Shown here one piece after another: positions 19,641 through 30,992 of a stretch of DNA of 64,000 bases. The translations under genes and the position numbers were made by a program. Numbering within the stretch: the stretch's first letter is position 1; every line of letters begins with the position of its first letter. Under the pieces are notes generated by a model. The model did not search any database, was not told where the DNA came from, and saw nothing but the letters and a program-made list of their open reading frames with translations. Origin of the DNA: Savitreella phatthalungensis (Eukaryota); NCBI GenBank assembly GCA_051599415.1, contig AP039692.1, positions 620,001-684,000 of the forward strand, read 5' to 3'.

Positions 19641-21104
19641 TCAGATGAACCAGGCGAGTGTTGTGATGACAGCGGCGTAAGCTATCAAGATGCCAAGTCC
19701 CGTGTATGTGGGAGTGGTTGGCATGCGGTCGCCCATGAGCAAGTTAATACCACCGGTGGCCAGATTAGCAGCGAGAAAGATCGTGAGTCCGCTCTGATTG
19801 AATTTCTCGAGGAGCACAGCGATCTGTGGCTCCCCGGAACCAGAATCCGAAGGCGTCTTCCGCGTGCGCGTCAACGTCTTGCGCGACGTGTTCTTGTTCG
19901 GTGACACGACCGCAGACGAGTGGCCCTGGCCACTAGCTGATCTGCCAGCGACGAATTTCTGAACGAGTGCGAGGGCGGCTAGCAGGCCGGCGTTGTGTGC
20001 TGCGGAGAGTGCGATGTATGGGAGATTGGCCATGCGCCTGGACACCTGCAGGTGCAGAGGTCCGCGGGCGAACGAGTACGCCGCCCAGTGACATACCGTC
20101 GTGATGGTGAGCAGCGAGATAACAGGTCGTTTCCAACGCGTGCTCAGCACAATGTCTCCTGCATCCAGACCGAGCAAGAAGATACACAGGTACCCGACAA
20201 AGCTACAGAGTCCCTCCCTGTTCTGTCTCACCAAGTCGCCGTCGGGCCGCGGAGCGTCAATAATGAAGTGTTCGAGGCCGTATCGGGTCAGGGCGAGTTG
20301 GTAGATGGAGGCGAAGGCGATCGCCTGGAAGATGAACGGCAGACGAGTGGCGCGTTTGATAGCGACAGCGGCTGGAAGAGCAGGCGCGAGCAGGGCGAGG
20401 GTGACGAAGAAATTCCAGTGGACGCCATACTCAGAGACGTGCTCATGGTAACCAGTACCCCAAACGAGCGCGCTCCGCACGAGCCCCAGCGCGAGCAGTG
20501 TGCCCTGATCTCGAATGGCCGAGGTCCATACCCCCATAGGCAGCGCGCCTCGCGCAGCTACCAGTCGTTGCGCTTTCGGGCTCGCTACAACCCCAGAACT
20601 GAAAACAAATGAGCCAACGCCGAGGTCCATAAGCGACTGCCCGAATGACTCCGTCTTGGCATATCGTCGTGGAAAGATTGGTAGGTCGACCGCGAGGATG
20701 CAAATGATTGTCGAGATCATCATGATGCTCCGGTATGCGGTGACGTATGGTACGCGATCGTTGGGTATTGACGCCTGCGTAGCAGCCACTGGATGTAAAG
20801 CAGCCCGGGGTCTGAACAGGTAGCCGATGGTAAGCCATCCGACGAGCAGCCCTGCAAGCCAGAGAATAGCATCGCCCGAGTACACCGTGAACGCCAGCAG
20901 GGGTACAAGCACATATGCCGCAGCCGATGGCAGGATCTCTTGCACGGAAAAAACGCGCCAACGCGTTAGCGCCGTGTAGACAGCATGAGCAAGCACAATG
21001 ATACCCGTCAGGCGAGCAATCTCGCCTACAGACGAACCGGTCAGGTTGGTATAGAACAGTAGTTTCGAGAGAGCCTCCTGCTCTTTCAGCTGCATCTGTG
21101 ACAT
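19641..21104 (-). CDS. GWT1: GPI inositol acyltransferase GWT1/PIG-W
   Basis: ILAVDLPIFPRRYAKTESFGQSLMDLGVGSF, EYGVHWNFF, NREG, SRRMANLPY and FLAANLATG; multi-TM. Confidence 0.93.
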   Translation of the reverse strand: MSQMQLKEQEALSKLLFYTNLTGSSVGEIARLTGIIVLAHAVYTALTRWRVFSVQEILPSAAAYVLVPLLAFTVYSGDAILWLAGLLVGWLTIGYLFRPRAALHPVAATQASIPNDRVPYVTAYRSIMMISTIICILAVDLPIFPRRYAKTESFGQSLMDLGVGSFVFSSGVVASPKAQRLVAARGALPMGVWTSAIRDQGTLLALGLVRSALVWGTGYHEHVSEYGVHWNFFVTLALLAPALPAAVAIKRATRLPFIFQAIAFASIYQLALTRYGLEHFIIDAPRPDGDLVRQNREGLCSFVGYLCIFLLGLDAGDIVLSTRWKRPVISLLTITTVCHWAAYSFARGPLHLQVSRRMANLPYIALSAAHNAGLLAALALVQKFVAGRSASGQGHSSAVVSPNKNTSRKTLTRTRKTPSDSGSGEPQIAVLLEKFNQSGLTIFLAANLATGGINLLMGDRMPTTPTYTGLGILIAYAAVITTLAWFI

Positions 21105-21351
21105 TGCTGTCACCCGTGATCGCAGCTCTCTACTTGTTCTAATTTACCGACGATGACAACCACCGTGGAAGAACACTCCCACCTTCTGACGTGTTCAGCT
21201 CGGCTGTTTGCTCACGTCAATCTTTCGGTTTCTAAAAATACATTGACGCGACTTCGAATTCACACACAAGTTGCCGGTCGGCCAAAACATTAGACACAAC
21301 CTGATACGGTGCCATGACATTATTACCAGTGTCGCGGCAGATTGAATGTTA

Positions 21352-22965
21352 CTACTCGGTCTCAAATTGAAGCTCTCTGAGTGCTTCCTCGTAGCGCTGT
21401 CGTAGCTCCGGCATTTCTTCGGATGCATCGCGTGGGAACAGTGTCTTGCGATCGATCTCTGTAGAGCGGCCAATTTTCTTCCCAACCTGATTCCACCAGT
21501 ACTTGTCCTCTGACCTGGCCACGATACTGACGGCAAGGCCAGACTTGCCAGCTCGAGCAGTACGGCCGACACGATGGACGTACTGGCGAGGCGGTACAGA
21601 CGCATCGTAATTGATGACCGCCGGAGTTGTAGTGTCGACGCCACGAGCCATGAGATCAGAGCAGACCAGATGACAGACCTCGCCTGCAGCGAAAGCTTGC
21701 AAACGGCGCTTGCGCTCGCCATTAGTCATATTCGATGTGAATGGCAAGACGCCGCCAATATCAAACATGTCTGCGAGTCTCGACAGTCGATGAGCAGCCT
21801 CGTTGGAGTTGGTGAAGATGAGAGACTGATTGACCTCGAGACGTTTGATCACATGCAGTAGAGCGAGAGGTTTCGGGACTTCGTCTGGGACGTGCACGAA
21901 TATCTCAGACAGCGTTGCCGGTACAGAGAAGCGGAGTGAATCATCTTCTGACACCATCAAGAAGTAAGGATCAACGAGATGCAGCTCAGAAAGCAGAGCT
22001 GGATCATCAGTCATTGTTGCTGAGAAGATCAGCTTACGACATCTTTGCTGCGATTCGAGATAGAAGGGGTGACCATTGGTGGACACCGTCGTAATTGGAC
22101 GCAAGGCTAACTCAAGCTCTCTTGCCCAGCTCTGGAAGGATTGATTGAGAAGACGATCGCCTTCGTCGATGACCAGATACTGCAGATGATCCAGAGTAAA
22201 CCCTGGAGTACTTTTCAGATGATCGACCAGTCGACCGGGTGTCGCAATCAGGATATCGATTTTAGACGCCGGCAAGTCGTCCAACCCGCCGACTAGTAGG
22301 TCTTGTTCGGTCGCCAGGCCGCGATTTGCTGAGGTGAACTGGATCTGGAGCCCGAGCTTGCGAGAGCATGCCTCGAATGTCGAGTAGACCTGTGAAACCA
22401 GTTCTCGGGTAGGAACAAGCACGACAGCACGTAGTCTCGTGACTCTCCTCGTCCTCAGTTGCTCTAGGATAGGCAAAACGTAGGCCAAGGTCTTTCCAGA
22501 GCCGGTGGGTGCAGATACCAGGAGATCGCGCTGCTGTTCTGGTAATAGTCCTTTCTGTAACAGTGCAGGCAGTACTACAGACTGAACTGCGAAGGCCTCT
22601 GTCATCTCTTGTCTCTCCAAATTCTCTAGAATGTGCGAACAGAGCGACAAGCTCTTGAAAGGCACTCGCACATCAGGTTTGACTAGCTTCGCCTTGCTGA
22701 GGTATTGAGGGACGGCGATCGGAACAGTACCTACACCCCTTGATCGAGTCGGCGGACGTGGCAGTGGACCTAGCGGGAACGACACTTCTTCAGCCTGTGC
22801 CTGAGCGTCATTCTTGACCTCAATGTCTTTGCTTGGCTGTTGACGCTGCTGTCGTTTGTGAAAGTCATCTAGAATGTGTGCTACCCTCGCCTGACCATCA
22901 TTATCATCTCCTTCTGTACTTGCACGCCGACGCTTTGTGCTTGGCTTCGCTGCTGGCTCTTTCAT
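21352..22965 (-). CDS. DBP6: DEAD-box RNA helicase DBP6
   Basis: EAFAVQ Q-motif, APTGSGKTLAY, PTRELV, TPGRLVDHL, LVIDEGDRLLNQSFQ, SAT and YVHRVGRTARAG. Confidence 0.88.
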   Translation of the reverse strand: MKEPAAKPSTKRRRASTEGDDNDGQARVAHILDDFHKRQQRQQPSKDIEVKNDAQAQAEEVSFPLGPLPRPPTRSRGVGTVPIAVPQYLSKAKLVKPDVRVPFKSLSLCSHILENLERQEMTEAFAVQSVVLPALLQKGLLPEQQRDLLVSAPTGSGKTLAYVLPILEQLRTRRVTRLRAVVLVPTRELVSQVYSTFEACSRKLGLQIQFTSANRGLATEQDLLVGGLDDLPASKIDILIATPGRLVDHLKSTPGFTLDHLQYLVIDEGDRLLNQSFQSWARELELALRPITTVSTNGHPFYLESQQRCRKLIFSATMTDDPALLSELHLVDPYFLMVSEDDSLRFSVPATLSEIFVHVPDEVPKPLALLHVIKRLEVNQSLIFTNSNEAAHRLSRLADMFDIGGVLPFTSNMTNGERKRRLQAFAAGEVCHLVCSDLMARGVDTTTPAVINYDASVPPRQYVHRVGRTARAGKSGLAVSIVARSEDKYWWNQVGKKIGRSTEIDRKTLFPRDASEEMPELRQRYEEALRELQFETE

Positions 22966-23161
22966 TCAGATCAGCCTTGTAGCCCCTCGGCAAGTATTCT
23001 ATCTTCGTAGCCCAGGCACATGCCGAAGTATTTAGCAATCGCTCGCTTGAATTGCACCGTAAGCTTACCAACAGCTTCCCCACAATTTCTTCCGTAGAAA
23101 AGCACCATACAGCACATACTCTCATTCTCATCGACTACTGTCTCCTTTTATATCCTGTACT

Positions 23162-24031
23162 ATGGCACCGCAGCTCGACTATGACTACGACGGTATCAAG
23201 ACGTCTGACCTTTTCACCGTGAAGGGCAAAGTCGCTCTTGTGACAGGAGGCTCTTCCGGACTCGGTCTGAACATTGCTCATGGCCTGGCGGCGAACGGCG
23301 CAAAGGTGTACATCTCATCTCGCAAGCAGGCACAATGCGACGCTGCTGTGGCAGAGATCAAGCGATCTTACCCGGGCGCCGAGGCGGTGGCAGTCGCATG
23401 TGACGCCTCGTCCGCAGCCAACCTCGTCAAGCTCGCTGCCTTCATTGGCGAGAAGGAGCCCGGGGGTGTCGACTTTTGTGTTGCAAACGCGGGAGCTACC
23501 TGGGGCTCGCCGATCGACAAGCACCCTGAATCGGCCTTCAGCAAGGTCATGGACTTGAACGTGAAAGGTGTTTTCTACACAATCCAGGCGATGCTGCCTC
23601 TGCTGCAGAAGGCCGGCAAGCGTGGTGACCCTGCACGAGTGATCGTCACCGGTTCTGTGGCCGGTCTCAAGACCAATCCCACCGAGGTGATCTCGTACTC
23701 GGCATCGAAAGTTGCCGTCCACGCGCTCGTCCACAACCTCGCGCCTGATCTCGGCCGACGCAACATCACCATCAATGCCATCGCTCCTGGACTTTTCCCT
23801 TCCAAGATGACGGCCTACAGGTTCTCTGACGGCGGCAAGGAGTCGAAGAACGACTCTGCTCGCGCAAACCCACTTGGAAGACACGGCGAGGCCAAGGACA
23901 TCATTGCCCTGTCTCTGTACATCCTTAGCAAGGGTGCCAACTTCCTGAATGGCAGTGTGATCAACCTTGATGGAGGAAACTACCTTGACCCATCAAAGGG
24001 AGATGCCGTCTTCGACAAGCCAAAGTTGTAG
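23162..24031 (+). CDS. Short-chain dehydrogenase/reductase (possible PTS1-like C-terminal PKL)
   Basis: TGGSSGLG, ANAG, catalytic YSASK, IAPG and LDGG. Confidence 0.9.
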   Translation: MAPQLDYDYDGIKTSDLFTVKGKVALVTGGSSGLGLNIAHGLAANGAKVYISSRKQAQCDAAVAEIKRSYPGAEAVAVACDASSAANLVKLAAFIGEKEPGGVDFCVANAGATWGSPIDKHPESAFSKVMDLNVKGVFYTIQAMLPLLQKAGKRGDPARVIVTGSVAGLKTNPTEVISYSASKVAVHALVHNLAPDLGRRNITINAIAPGLFPSKMTAYRFSDGGKESKNDSARANPLGRHGEAKDIIALSLYILSKGANFLNGSVINLDGGNYLDPSKGDAVFDKPKL

Positions 24032-24134
24032 ACTTTCGCAAAGAAGTCCTTATATTTTTTGATCCCAATCCATTCGTGATACAACCACTAGCTAGCCATC
24101 ATGTGTCTCTCCAATCTTCCGCTCCTGCTACAGC

Positions 24135-25406
24135 CTAGATACCGTGATCGAACAGCATTGATACGCTCTCACCATTATGGATGCGACGGATGGCTTCGGC
24201 AAAAACGGGGGCGACATCGATCACGACGATCCTGCCCTTACGTGATGTGGCAGATGAGTGGCGTTTGGACGGGGAGGCGTCCCGCGATTGTGCCTGTCTG
24301 TATGCCGATAGGGAGTTCAATGCGGGGTTCTGGACACCTCGGAATTCTGCTTGACCAAGCAAGTCAACGTGTTCCTGCTGAGGCGATGTGTTGGTGACAA
24401 CGAGGACGTCTATCTGAGACTCCTTGATGCGCTGTAATGCATCTCCCGAAAGCAGAGCGTGTGTGACTAGCGCATAGATCTCTGTGGCGCCAGACTCGTG
24501 AAGCAGCTTTGCTGCGCGCGTTAGTGTGGCTCCTGTGTCGACTAGGTCATCAATTAGGATGGCCGTCTTGTCCTCAACGTCTCCGACCAGCATCATCGAG
24601 CTCTCGTCGTGTTGATTGTGCTTATTACGGCGCTCCTTATGGATGAGAGCGAATTCCATCTGCAAGGAATCTGCGATGGCGGTCGCACGTTTTGCGCCAC
24701 CTGCGTCCGGCGACACGATCACAGCATCCTGGTAGTTGGGGATATTGAGAGTAATGAATCGTTGAAGAAGTGGCCGGCCAAAGAGGTTGTCGACCGGAAT
24801 ATCGAAGAAACCCTGGAATTGCGGGTCATGTAGATCCATCGTGATGATATGATCTGCTCCCGCCGTGGTCAGGAGTGCTGCAACGAGCGTACCAGCCTGG
24901 GCAACCCACTTGCGATAGCCACTTGCATTAGGTGCTGTTTTGTCCGGAATGAACGATGCTGACGAATCCTCCTTCTGCAATGCAGATGATCCCGCTTGAA
25001 CGCGATCACGCACAGGAGTGCCTGGACGGGACTCCAGGCTCTGCAGCAGTGCATTGTTGGCCAAAGCAAGAGGTTTTGCGCTCGGCGCCCCAGTCTTGCT
25101 GTAAGGCACATCTGGCTGACGAGAGTATGGAAAGACAGGAAGAACGGCTGTGACCTTGTTTGCGCTTGCTGTTTTGCATGCAGATATCATGATCAGCATC
25201 TCCATCAGGTTGTCGTTGACCTGTCCGCTTCCGGGCGAGACAATATATACGTCCTGACCTCTGACGGAGTTGTGAATGGTGACGCTGGTCTCTCCGTTAC
25301 TGAATTTCTTGATGTCTACCTCTCCTACCGTCATGCCGAGACGGCTGCAGATGGACTTTGTCAGGTCAGGATGACCATTTGTGCCAAGCACCACGCAGCC
25401 GCGCAT
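24135..25406 (-). CDS. Ribose-phosphate pyrophosphokinase (PRS5-like, with non-homologous insertions)
   Basis: FSNGETSV, PYSRQ, MDLHDPQFQGFF, VSPDAGGAKRA and ILIDDLVDTG; two insertions. Likely ATG at 25406 (MRGCVVLG). Confidence 0.9.
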   Translation of the reverse strand: MRGCVVLGTNGHPDLTKSICSRLGMTVGEVDIKKFSNGETSVTIHNSVRGQDVYIVSPGSGQVNDNLMEMLIMISACKTASANKVTAVLPVFPYSRQPDVPYSKTGAPSAKPLALANNALLQSLESRPGTPVRDRVQAGSSALQKEDSSASFIPDKTAPNASGYRKWVAQAGTLVAALLTTAGADHIITMDLHDPQFQGFFDIPVDNLFGRPLLQRFITLNIPNYQDAVIVSPDAGGAKRATAIADSLQMEFALIHKERRNKHNQHDESSMMLVGDVEDKTAILIDDLVDTGATLTRAAKLLHESGATEIYALVTHALLSGDALQRIKESQIDVLVVTNTSPQQEHVDLLGQAEFRGVQNPALNSLSAYRQAQSRDASPSKRHSSATSRKGRIVVIDVAPVFAEAIRRIHNGESVSMLFDHGI

Positions 25407-25755
25407 GACTCTGAATATACACGGTGTATTCTCGTGTCCCTTGACGTCGTACACTTTTGACGTACTTACCAGAGGCTATCGATATCAGTATAAATTTAAT
25501 GCATATGAAGATCAATCAGTCGTGCAAATTCTGCTGCTTCAGAAGATAAGCCAAAGATTTCATTTGCCCCGATACATATGAGTTTGTATATACACCATCA
25601 GTCTATAGACGGCGACTTCAGTTCTACGCGCAGATGCTGAGGCAGCTGCAGTCATGTGACCATCAGTGCTGAGACTGATGAAGCGCGCAATCACTGTAGA
25701 TAGGTGCGAACGCCATGATTTACATCCTTCTATTCGATTATGATGAAGTGCTATG

Positions 25756-26592
25756 TTATTTTGCCTTCTTCGCTTTCTGGTCTGCGGCAGGGAAGCGCTT
25801 CTTGAAAGCCTTGATCATCTGGCTGAACCAGAAGATGTTCAGCAGATTCAGTGAGGTATTGCTTGCGAAATAGAGCAGACTGAGACGATTGTCCACTGTC
25901 GCTCGGTTCTTCCAGAGGCTGTGGAAGACAGAGAAGGCGGCGTACCATCCCCAGACGCCACGCACGAGGAAGAAGGTCGAGATGAGCAATCCTCCGTTGA
26001 TGAGCTGCAGCCAACCACCGGTCATCTCAAGCTTGTCCAACCACCAGTGAATGTTGAGAAATATTGTCGAAGCCTCGAAGGCTAGGAATGCAGGACCCCA
26101 CCACATGAGGAATGGTCTGAAGCTGAATGCGAATACCTGAAGTGATGCAACGCCGTGGAAAACAAAGCCCCATCCAAACCAACGAACCCAATAGAGGGAG
26201 ATAATGACATCCCACAGGAAATAGCCGCAAGCTGCAGCGTAAACGTCGCCACCGAACGGGCTGTAACCGTGCAGCTTGTCGGCCGCGAGCACGTGATCTT
26301 CGTTCATGACTTTGTAGGAAAGCCAGAGGATGATGGCCGATTGGACTTGCGAGACCGTGTGAATATCCCAATTCGTCTTTGTCCGCTTGTCGAGCTTGCG
26401 GTAGCATCGGGAGATGCGCGGTGAGATGATTGTGGAAATGATGTAGACAGTATGGTAAAAGATTGCTGCGCCGAGCACAGTGTGGAGATGCCGAGAAAGC
26501 ATGGGCAGATTGACTGCATCACATGTTGGCTGCACGAGTTTCTGCCACCACAGAGGGGGCTCAGGGAACAGCGGTCCGAGCGTTTGAGTCAT
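25756..26592 (-). CDS. TLC (TRAM/LAG1/CLN8) domain ER membrane protein
   Basis: NWDIHTVS, GYFLWD, FHG, EASTIFLNIHW, FFLVR and LNIFWF; lysine-rich ER-retrieval tail KKAK. Confidence 0.85.
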   Translation of the reverse strand: MTQTLGPLFPEPPLWWQKLVQPTCDAVNLPMLSRHLHTVLGAAIFYHTVYIISTIISPRISRCYRKLDKRTKTNWDIHTVSQVQSAIILWLSYKVMNEDHVLAADKLHGYSPFGGDVYAAACGYFLWDVIISLYWVRWFGWGFVFHGVASLQVFAFSFRPFLMWWGPAFLAFEASTIFLNIHWWLDKLEMTGGWLQLINGGLLISTFFLVRGVWGWYAAFSVFHSLWKNRATVDNRLSLLYFASNTSLNLLNIFWFSQMIKAFKKRFPAADQKAKKAK

Positions 26593-27724
26593 CCTTCAAA
26601 CAGCGCTCGACCTGACGTCTGTTCGTAGGCTATCCAGTCAGACGATCGAGTGACTGACTGAATGACTGGCTGACTGGCTGGAGACAAGTATCGAGGCACT
26701 CAGATATATCACTTGTGAAGGACTAAAGCGGATGAACGTGATTGCCTTTGCTGGGTATGTCTTGTGCTGATGATGGTTGTAAATGTGCGGCGCTGGAGGG
26801 TTCATATTCGTGTTCGTGTGTGAATGGACATTGGATTCATTGTGGAGTGTGGAGATTCATTCTGCGCGAACGCCCGATGTGGATGCTAGAGGACGTGTCT
26901 AGATCTGGCTGGACAAACACTGCATCTGAGCGAGTGAATGAGCGAGCATTAATATTCATGCAGTGATCAATTCAAATGATCACATGCGCTTCTATTAAGA
27001 CCAGTCTGATCACAGTGGATCGGCATCCTGTGAAGGCAATCTGGAGTTGAACAATTTCCAGTGCTCTTTCTTCATTCTTGGTCAAGTTCTGTCGCCCATG
27101 CACTGCTCCCATTGACTTGGTCTACTGAATCGTGATGAGACATTGCATGCGCAAGAAGTCTTTGTCGCTGCTTGGGTACGAGCTCACTTCGAACGTGCAA
27201 CCTGCTGCATTTCTGCAACATACCTCAATATTTCTCCGAAACCTAGAGTTTCAGATCGAATTCACTGACTATAGGATACCTACCATTCAGCCCATTTTGG
27301 AGAGCATCTTAATCTGATTAAATTCAAATTCTTCGAGTGTATCTAAACTTGACACTAATGAACTTTTAGACTTCCAGCACTGTGCTGCATTAGTGGGCAA
27401 TCCACACCCAAGCACTGTTAAAACCTCGGCCGGCTGACAAGGTAATCTGGGAGATTGAGCACGGGATCGCGCCTTCCTGAATATTCATATGCACATGTTG
27501 AATGGATTTCAGTCGCACGTCATAACAACGCCGAATTCTCAGAGTTACTCACCAGCTTGTAGACTATAGCACTACAGCAGTCACTCAGTCACGCCGTTGA
27601 AGCCACGCGTCAAAGTCAAGCAAATCCGCAGCACCGCTTTCACGAAGGTTGCTTGACACATAAGCACCAGCATCGGCATCTATAACGTCTTGAGTCTCCA
27701 AAAGCATCGAAGATCTAATCCTCC

Positions 27725-28777
27725 ATGTCGCTCGCAGATCTGACACAAGAGAAGAAGACAATTTTGGCGGAAGCATGGTCATTGATGCAGGAGCAGATTG
27801 CAGGGCAGGATCTGCAGAAACGTTTCTCTGAAGTCGCTCCAGACACATCTGACGCACTTGAAGGTCTCCGATATGAACTATTCGATCTCGCATCCTTTGA
27901 CGACATGGACCAGACAATGCTGCGATTCCTCAGAGCCCGCAAGTTCAACAAGGTCGAGGCATGTAAGATGCTCGGTAATGCTCTCATTTGGCGAAGAAAG
28001 ATTGGAATTCGTCAGATGATGGCTGAGGGTGAAGAGGCACTCGACAAACGGCTCGTCGATGCAGGGATGTATTTTATCTGGGGCCACGACAAGGAAGACC
28101 GGCCAATCGTTTACCTGAATGTCGGCAATTTTCTTCCCTCAAACTCGCAAGAGGAAACAGTGGCGTTTACCCGTTTCTTGGCGTATGAGATGGAGACGGC
28201 TCGATTCTTCATTGGCTCAAAAGGTGTTCTTGCACTGGGCGATCTTACAGGTTTCGGTCGCAAGAACATCGATATGGACTTATCGAAAGTCTTTGCCGAC
28301 ATGTTTCAGAACTATTACCCGGAAATCCTGGGCAAGGCGGTCGTCATTGGCTCTGGCCTCAAGATGGCCCTGTTCGAGGGTGTGTACAATATTGCCAAGT
28401 TCTGGCTCGACCCTGTGGTACGCAACAAGATCTCATTCTCAAAGCCGAAGGAGCTCTCGAAGATCATTGATACAAAATTCATCCCAAAGTCTCTCGACGG
28501 TACTTTTGACGAGCATGCCCTCAGGGCTCAGGCTCCAGCTGCGACCGCTCCTGCGTCAGTCGATTCGGCTGACTTGCAACGGCGACAGCTCGCTAAACTT
28601 GCAGAGTTCGAGCAGGTCGCTGCAACGCTCGAGGCGCCGCAGCGCGACCAGATCAAACGCGAGCTGCGCAGTCTTTGGCTCGAGACAGCAAACAGTCGAC
28701 CCCGCAACCTGTATCAGCGTCTTGGCTTGATTTCTGAAGATGGCAAGGTCGACTGGACCAGGGCCCAGAGCGTATAA
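27725..28777 (+). CDS. CRAL-TRIO/Sec14-family lipid transfer protein (CSR1-like)
   Basis: LRFLRARKF..A..ML..WR, GHDKEDRPI, FQNYYPEILG, WLDPVVRNKI and IPKSLDG. Confidence 0.88.
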   Translation: MSLADLTQEKKTILAEAWSLMQEQIAGQDLQKRFSEVAPDTSDALEGLRYELFDLASFDDMDQTMLRFLRARKFNKVEACKMLGNALIWRRKIGIRQMMAEGEEALDKRLVDAGMYFIWGHDKEDRPIVYLNVGNFLPSNSQEETVAFTRFLAYEMETARFFIGSKGVLALGDLTGFGRKNIDMDLSKVFADMFQNYYPEILGKAVVIGSGLKMALFEGVYNIAKFWLDPVVRNKISFSKPKELSKIIDTKFIPKSLDGTFDEHALRAQAPAATAPASVDSADLQRRQLAKLAEFEQVAATLEAPQRDQIKRELRSLWLETANSRPRNLYQRLGLISEDGKVDWTRAQSV

Positions 28778-28818
28778 AGCCGGGGATCGTGTACATTTGC
28801 TGGCGAGGCATTCAAATC

Positions 28819-29244
28819 ATGCAGAACATCCTCCTCCTCGCTTCTGTCACTATGGCTGCTCCAGTCGCTCAGCTGCAGCAGCTTGTCGGACTTCTGGGAG
28901 GCGCACTCCCTGGTGGTTTGCCTGGAGGTCTGTCCGGTGCTCAACAAGGAGGAGCCGCTCCGGCAAATCCGCTCGGTCAGCTTACTGGTCTCGCTCCTGG
29001 TCTTAACGAGCTCGCTGCGAAGTTGCCGGTCGACCTAAGCTTTCTCATGGGTGGCGGCTCACCTGCTGGAGCACCTCCGGCACAAGCTGCGTCATCGAAG
29101 ACGTCCCAGCAGCGTCAAGCAGCCACACAGCCTGCGCAGACGTCGAGCCAAACGTCTACGCCTGCCGAGACGGCAGGAATTCTCCGACGTCGAGCGTATT
29201 CACCGGATCCAGACTCGGACGTCGACGACCCTAGAGATGACTAG
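28819..29244 (+). CDS. Small secreted Gly/Leu/Ala-rich protein (paralog A)
   Basis: Signal-peptide-like MQNILLLASVTMAAP; TATAAA about 45 nt upstream; shares AAPVA and NPLxxLTGL with the next gene. Confidence 0.65.
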   Translation: MQNILLLASVTMAAPVAQLQQLVGLLGGALPGGLPGGLSGAQQGGAAPANPLGQLTGLAPGLNELAAKLPVDLSFLMGGGSPAGAPPAQAASSKTSQQRQAATQPAQTSSQTSTPAETAGILRRRAYSPDPDSDVDDPRDD

Positions 29245-29363
29245 GTAGGACTTGAAACAAATGCGGACGAGTGAAGCGTCCTCAGTCCCGCTCTCCCTCG
29301 TATTTAAGTGTGTCGTCGTCGATGTCCTTGCTCATCATAAATCGTCTTGCTCCAGGGACAACG

Positions 29364-29597
29364 ATGCAACCTCTCAAGCTTGTTCTATTCACCTCCGTAG
29401 CCATGGCGGCACCAGTGGCAGAACCGCAGAGCCTGAGCCAATTACTGGCCCCAATTCTTGGTGGCGCAGGAGGTGGTGCCGGAGCTGGTGCAGGCGCGGG
29501 TCCCGGAGGCAACCCTCTTCAACTGCTCACGGGACTACTCGGAGGAAAGACGGCAGCGCCTACAGCAGCTGCGACCGACAGCGCTGACCACGAGTAG
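29364..29597 (+). CDS. Small secreted Gly-rich protein (paralog B)
   Basis: MQPLKLVLFTSVAMAAPVAEP signal-like start, GA repeats and GNPLQLLTGLLGG. Confidence 0.65.
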   Translation: MQPLKLVLFTSVAMAAPVAEPQSLSQLLAPILGGAGGGAGAGAGAGPGGNPLQLLTGLLGGKTAAPTAAATDSADHE

Positions 29598-29987
29598 GCA
29601 GAACGCGATCTAGATTGTATCACATCAAGGCAATCTCATCTCTTGACGGTATAAACCTCATGAAATATGTGCATTCAGCTCTCCTCGAGGGCTGGCACCA
29701 ACCTGTATCCAGAAAGGGGCGTCCTCGATTGTGCATTCATGTCGTGTGACGTGTGTTAAAGTGTTCAATGAAGGAATCCAGACGAGTTTGTGATCGATTT
29801 CCAATTGTCTCTGATGCACCCTGGTCAAGTGCTCCAGATCTGATTGCCTATTGATTGATCAGTGTTGATCAAAGTGTGTGACGTCAATTGTCGATTCACG
29901 AGTCAATGGCCATATAAGTTGCAGCGTTCTATACGAGACGTTCCTGTAGACACCACTCATCCACTGTGCAATCTCTTCATCCCTATA

Positions 29988-30263
29988 ATGTCTGACACGA
30001 AACTCGCAAACGAGGTAGAGGCCTCCAAGAAGATCGGCACAAATGTCGACACCTCTGGTCTCGAAAAGCCCGACCTGAGCGGCATTACCGGCGAGTCGAC
30101 TAACCCAGACGTCGTTGGCGAGGCAGGAGTCAAGATCGACAGACCCAACTACGAGCAATCACCTGTTACGCACGAGGGTATTGAGCGCTCTGCAGGCAGA
30201 AGCGTCGCAACGGGATCAGCCAAGCAGACCACTGGTGAAACAAACAGGTCGAGCAAGTCCTAG
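29988..30263 (+). CDS. Small hydrophilic protein (hydrophilin/stress-protein-like), function unknown
   Basis: 91-aa ORF from ATG 29988, rich in G/S/T/E/K with no Cys, Trp or Phe; coding-like codon usage. Confidence 0.55.
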   Translation: MSDTKLANEVEASKKIGTNVDTSGLEKPDLSGITGESTNPDVVGEAGVKIDRPNYEQSPVTHEGIERSAGRSVATGSAKQTTGETNRSSKS

Positions 30264-30992
30264 ACTACTGGAGCCATTTCAAGCCATTTGTAGCGACCGG
30301 GGAATCAATAGCATCATTCGCATGGCCATTCTCTGCTCTCAGCTCCATCGTGTATGGCATCAGGTAGATTCTTCAACCATTGTACACATGTCTCCCGCAC
30401 ATCCACTGATGTTGCAGCTTGACATGTGGAGACATGCAAGGGACGCAGGGAGATTGTTGCCGCGCGTGTCCAAGTGTTTATGGATTCTGCTACTTCTCAA
30501 TTTCACGGCAGCACCCTGAAACCCGGCGCGTATTCGAGGAAATGGTTACGTCTCCTTGCTGGTTTCACGAGCCACATGCCTTGATCGTCTTTCCACATAG
30601 CTCCATCGTCACATTGATCGCAACGTGGTACGGCAGGCGAAGTCGGTGCTCATGTCACATAACTTATGATGCCCCTGTATGCTACTTGTGGAGCTGAAAA
30701 TTAAACTTCGTCTCACATAGTGTCCACATGCTGTCTCAGACCGAGCCATCTTTGATACTCCGTGCATTTGCCATTCACAGTGACTGACGTCAACGCCAAC
30801 GAGAGTGTCCAACGAGAGGCTCCACGCTCGAAAGGCTGATCATCGAGCTCAATGGGATCTATTCACTCCCTTGAAAGGGATATCTACTGAAAATTGGCGG
30901 AGGCGTACATAAGCAGATGTGAGAGGCGTCCGTATAAATCGATCTTTTGTGTAGTTCAGCTTCGATCGACGTCGCAGCTTATCATCTTAGAC

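Noticed and set aside
22155..22170. DEGD instead of DEAD in the DBP6-like helicase
   Set aside because: DExD variation at this position is tolerated in the family; all other motifs are intact.
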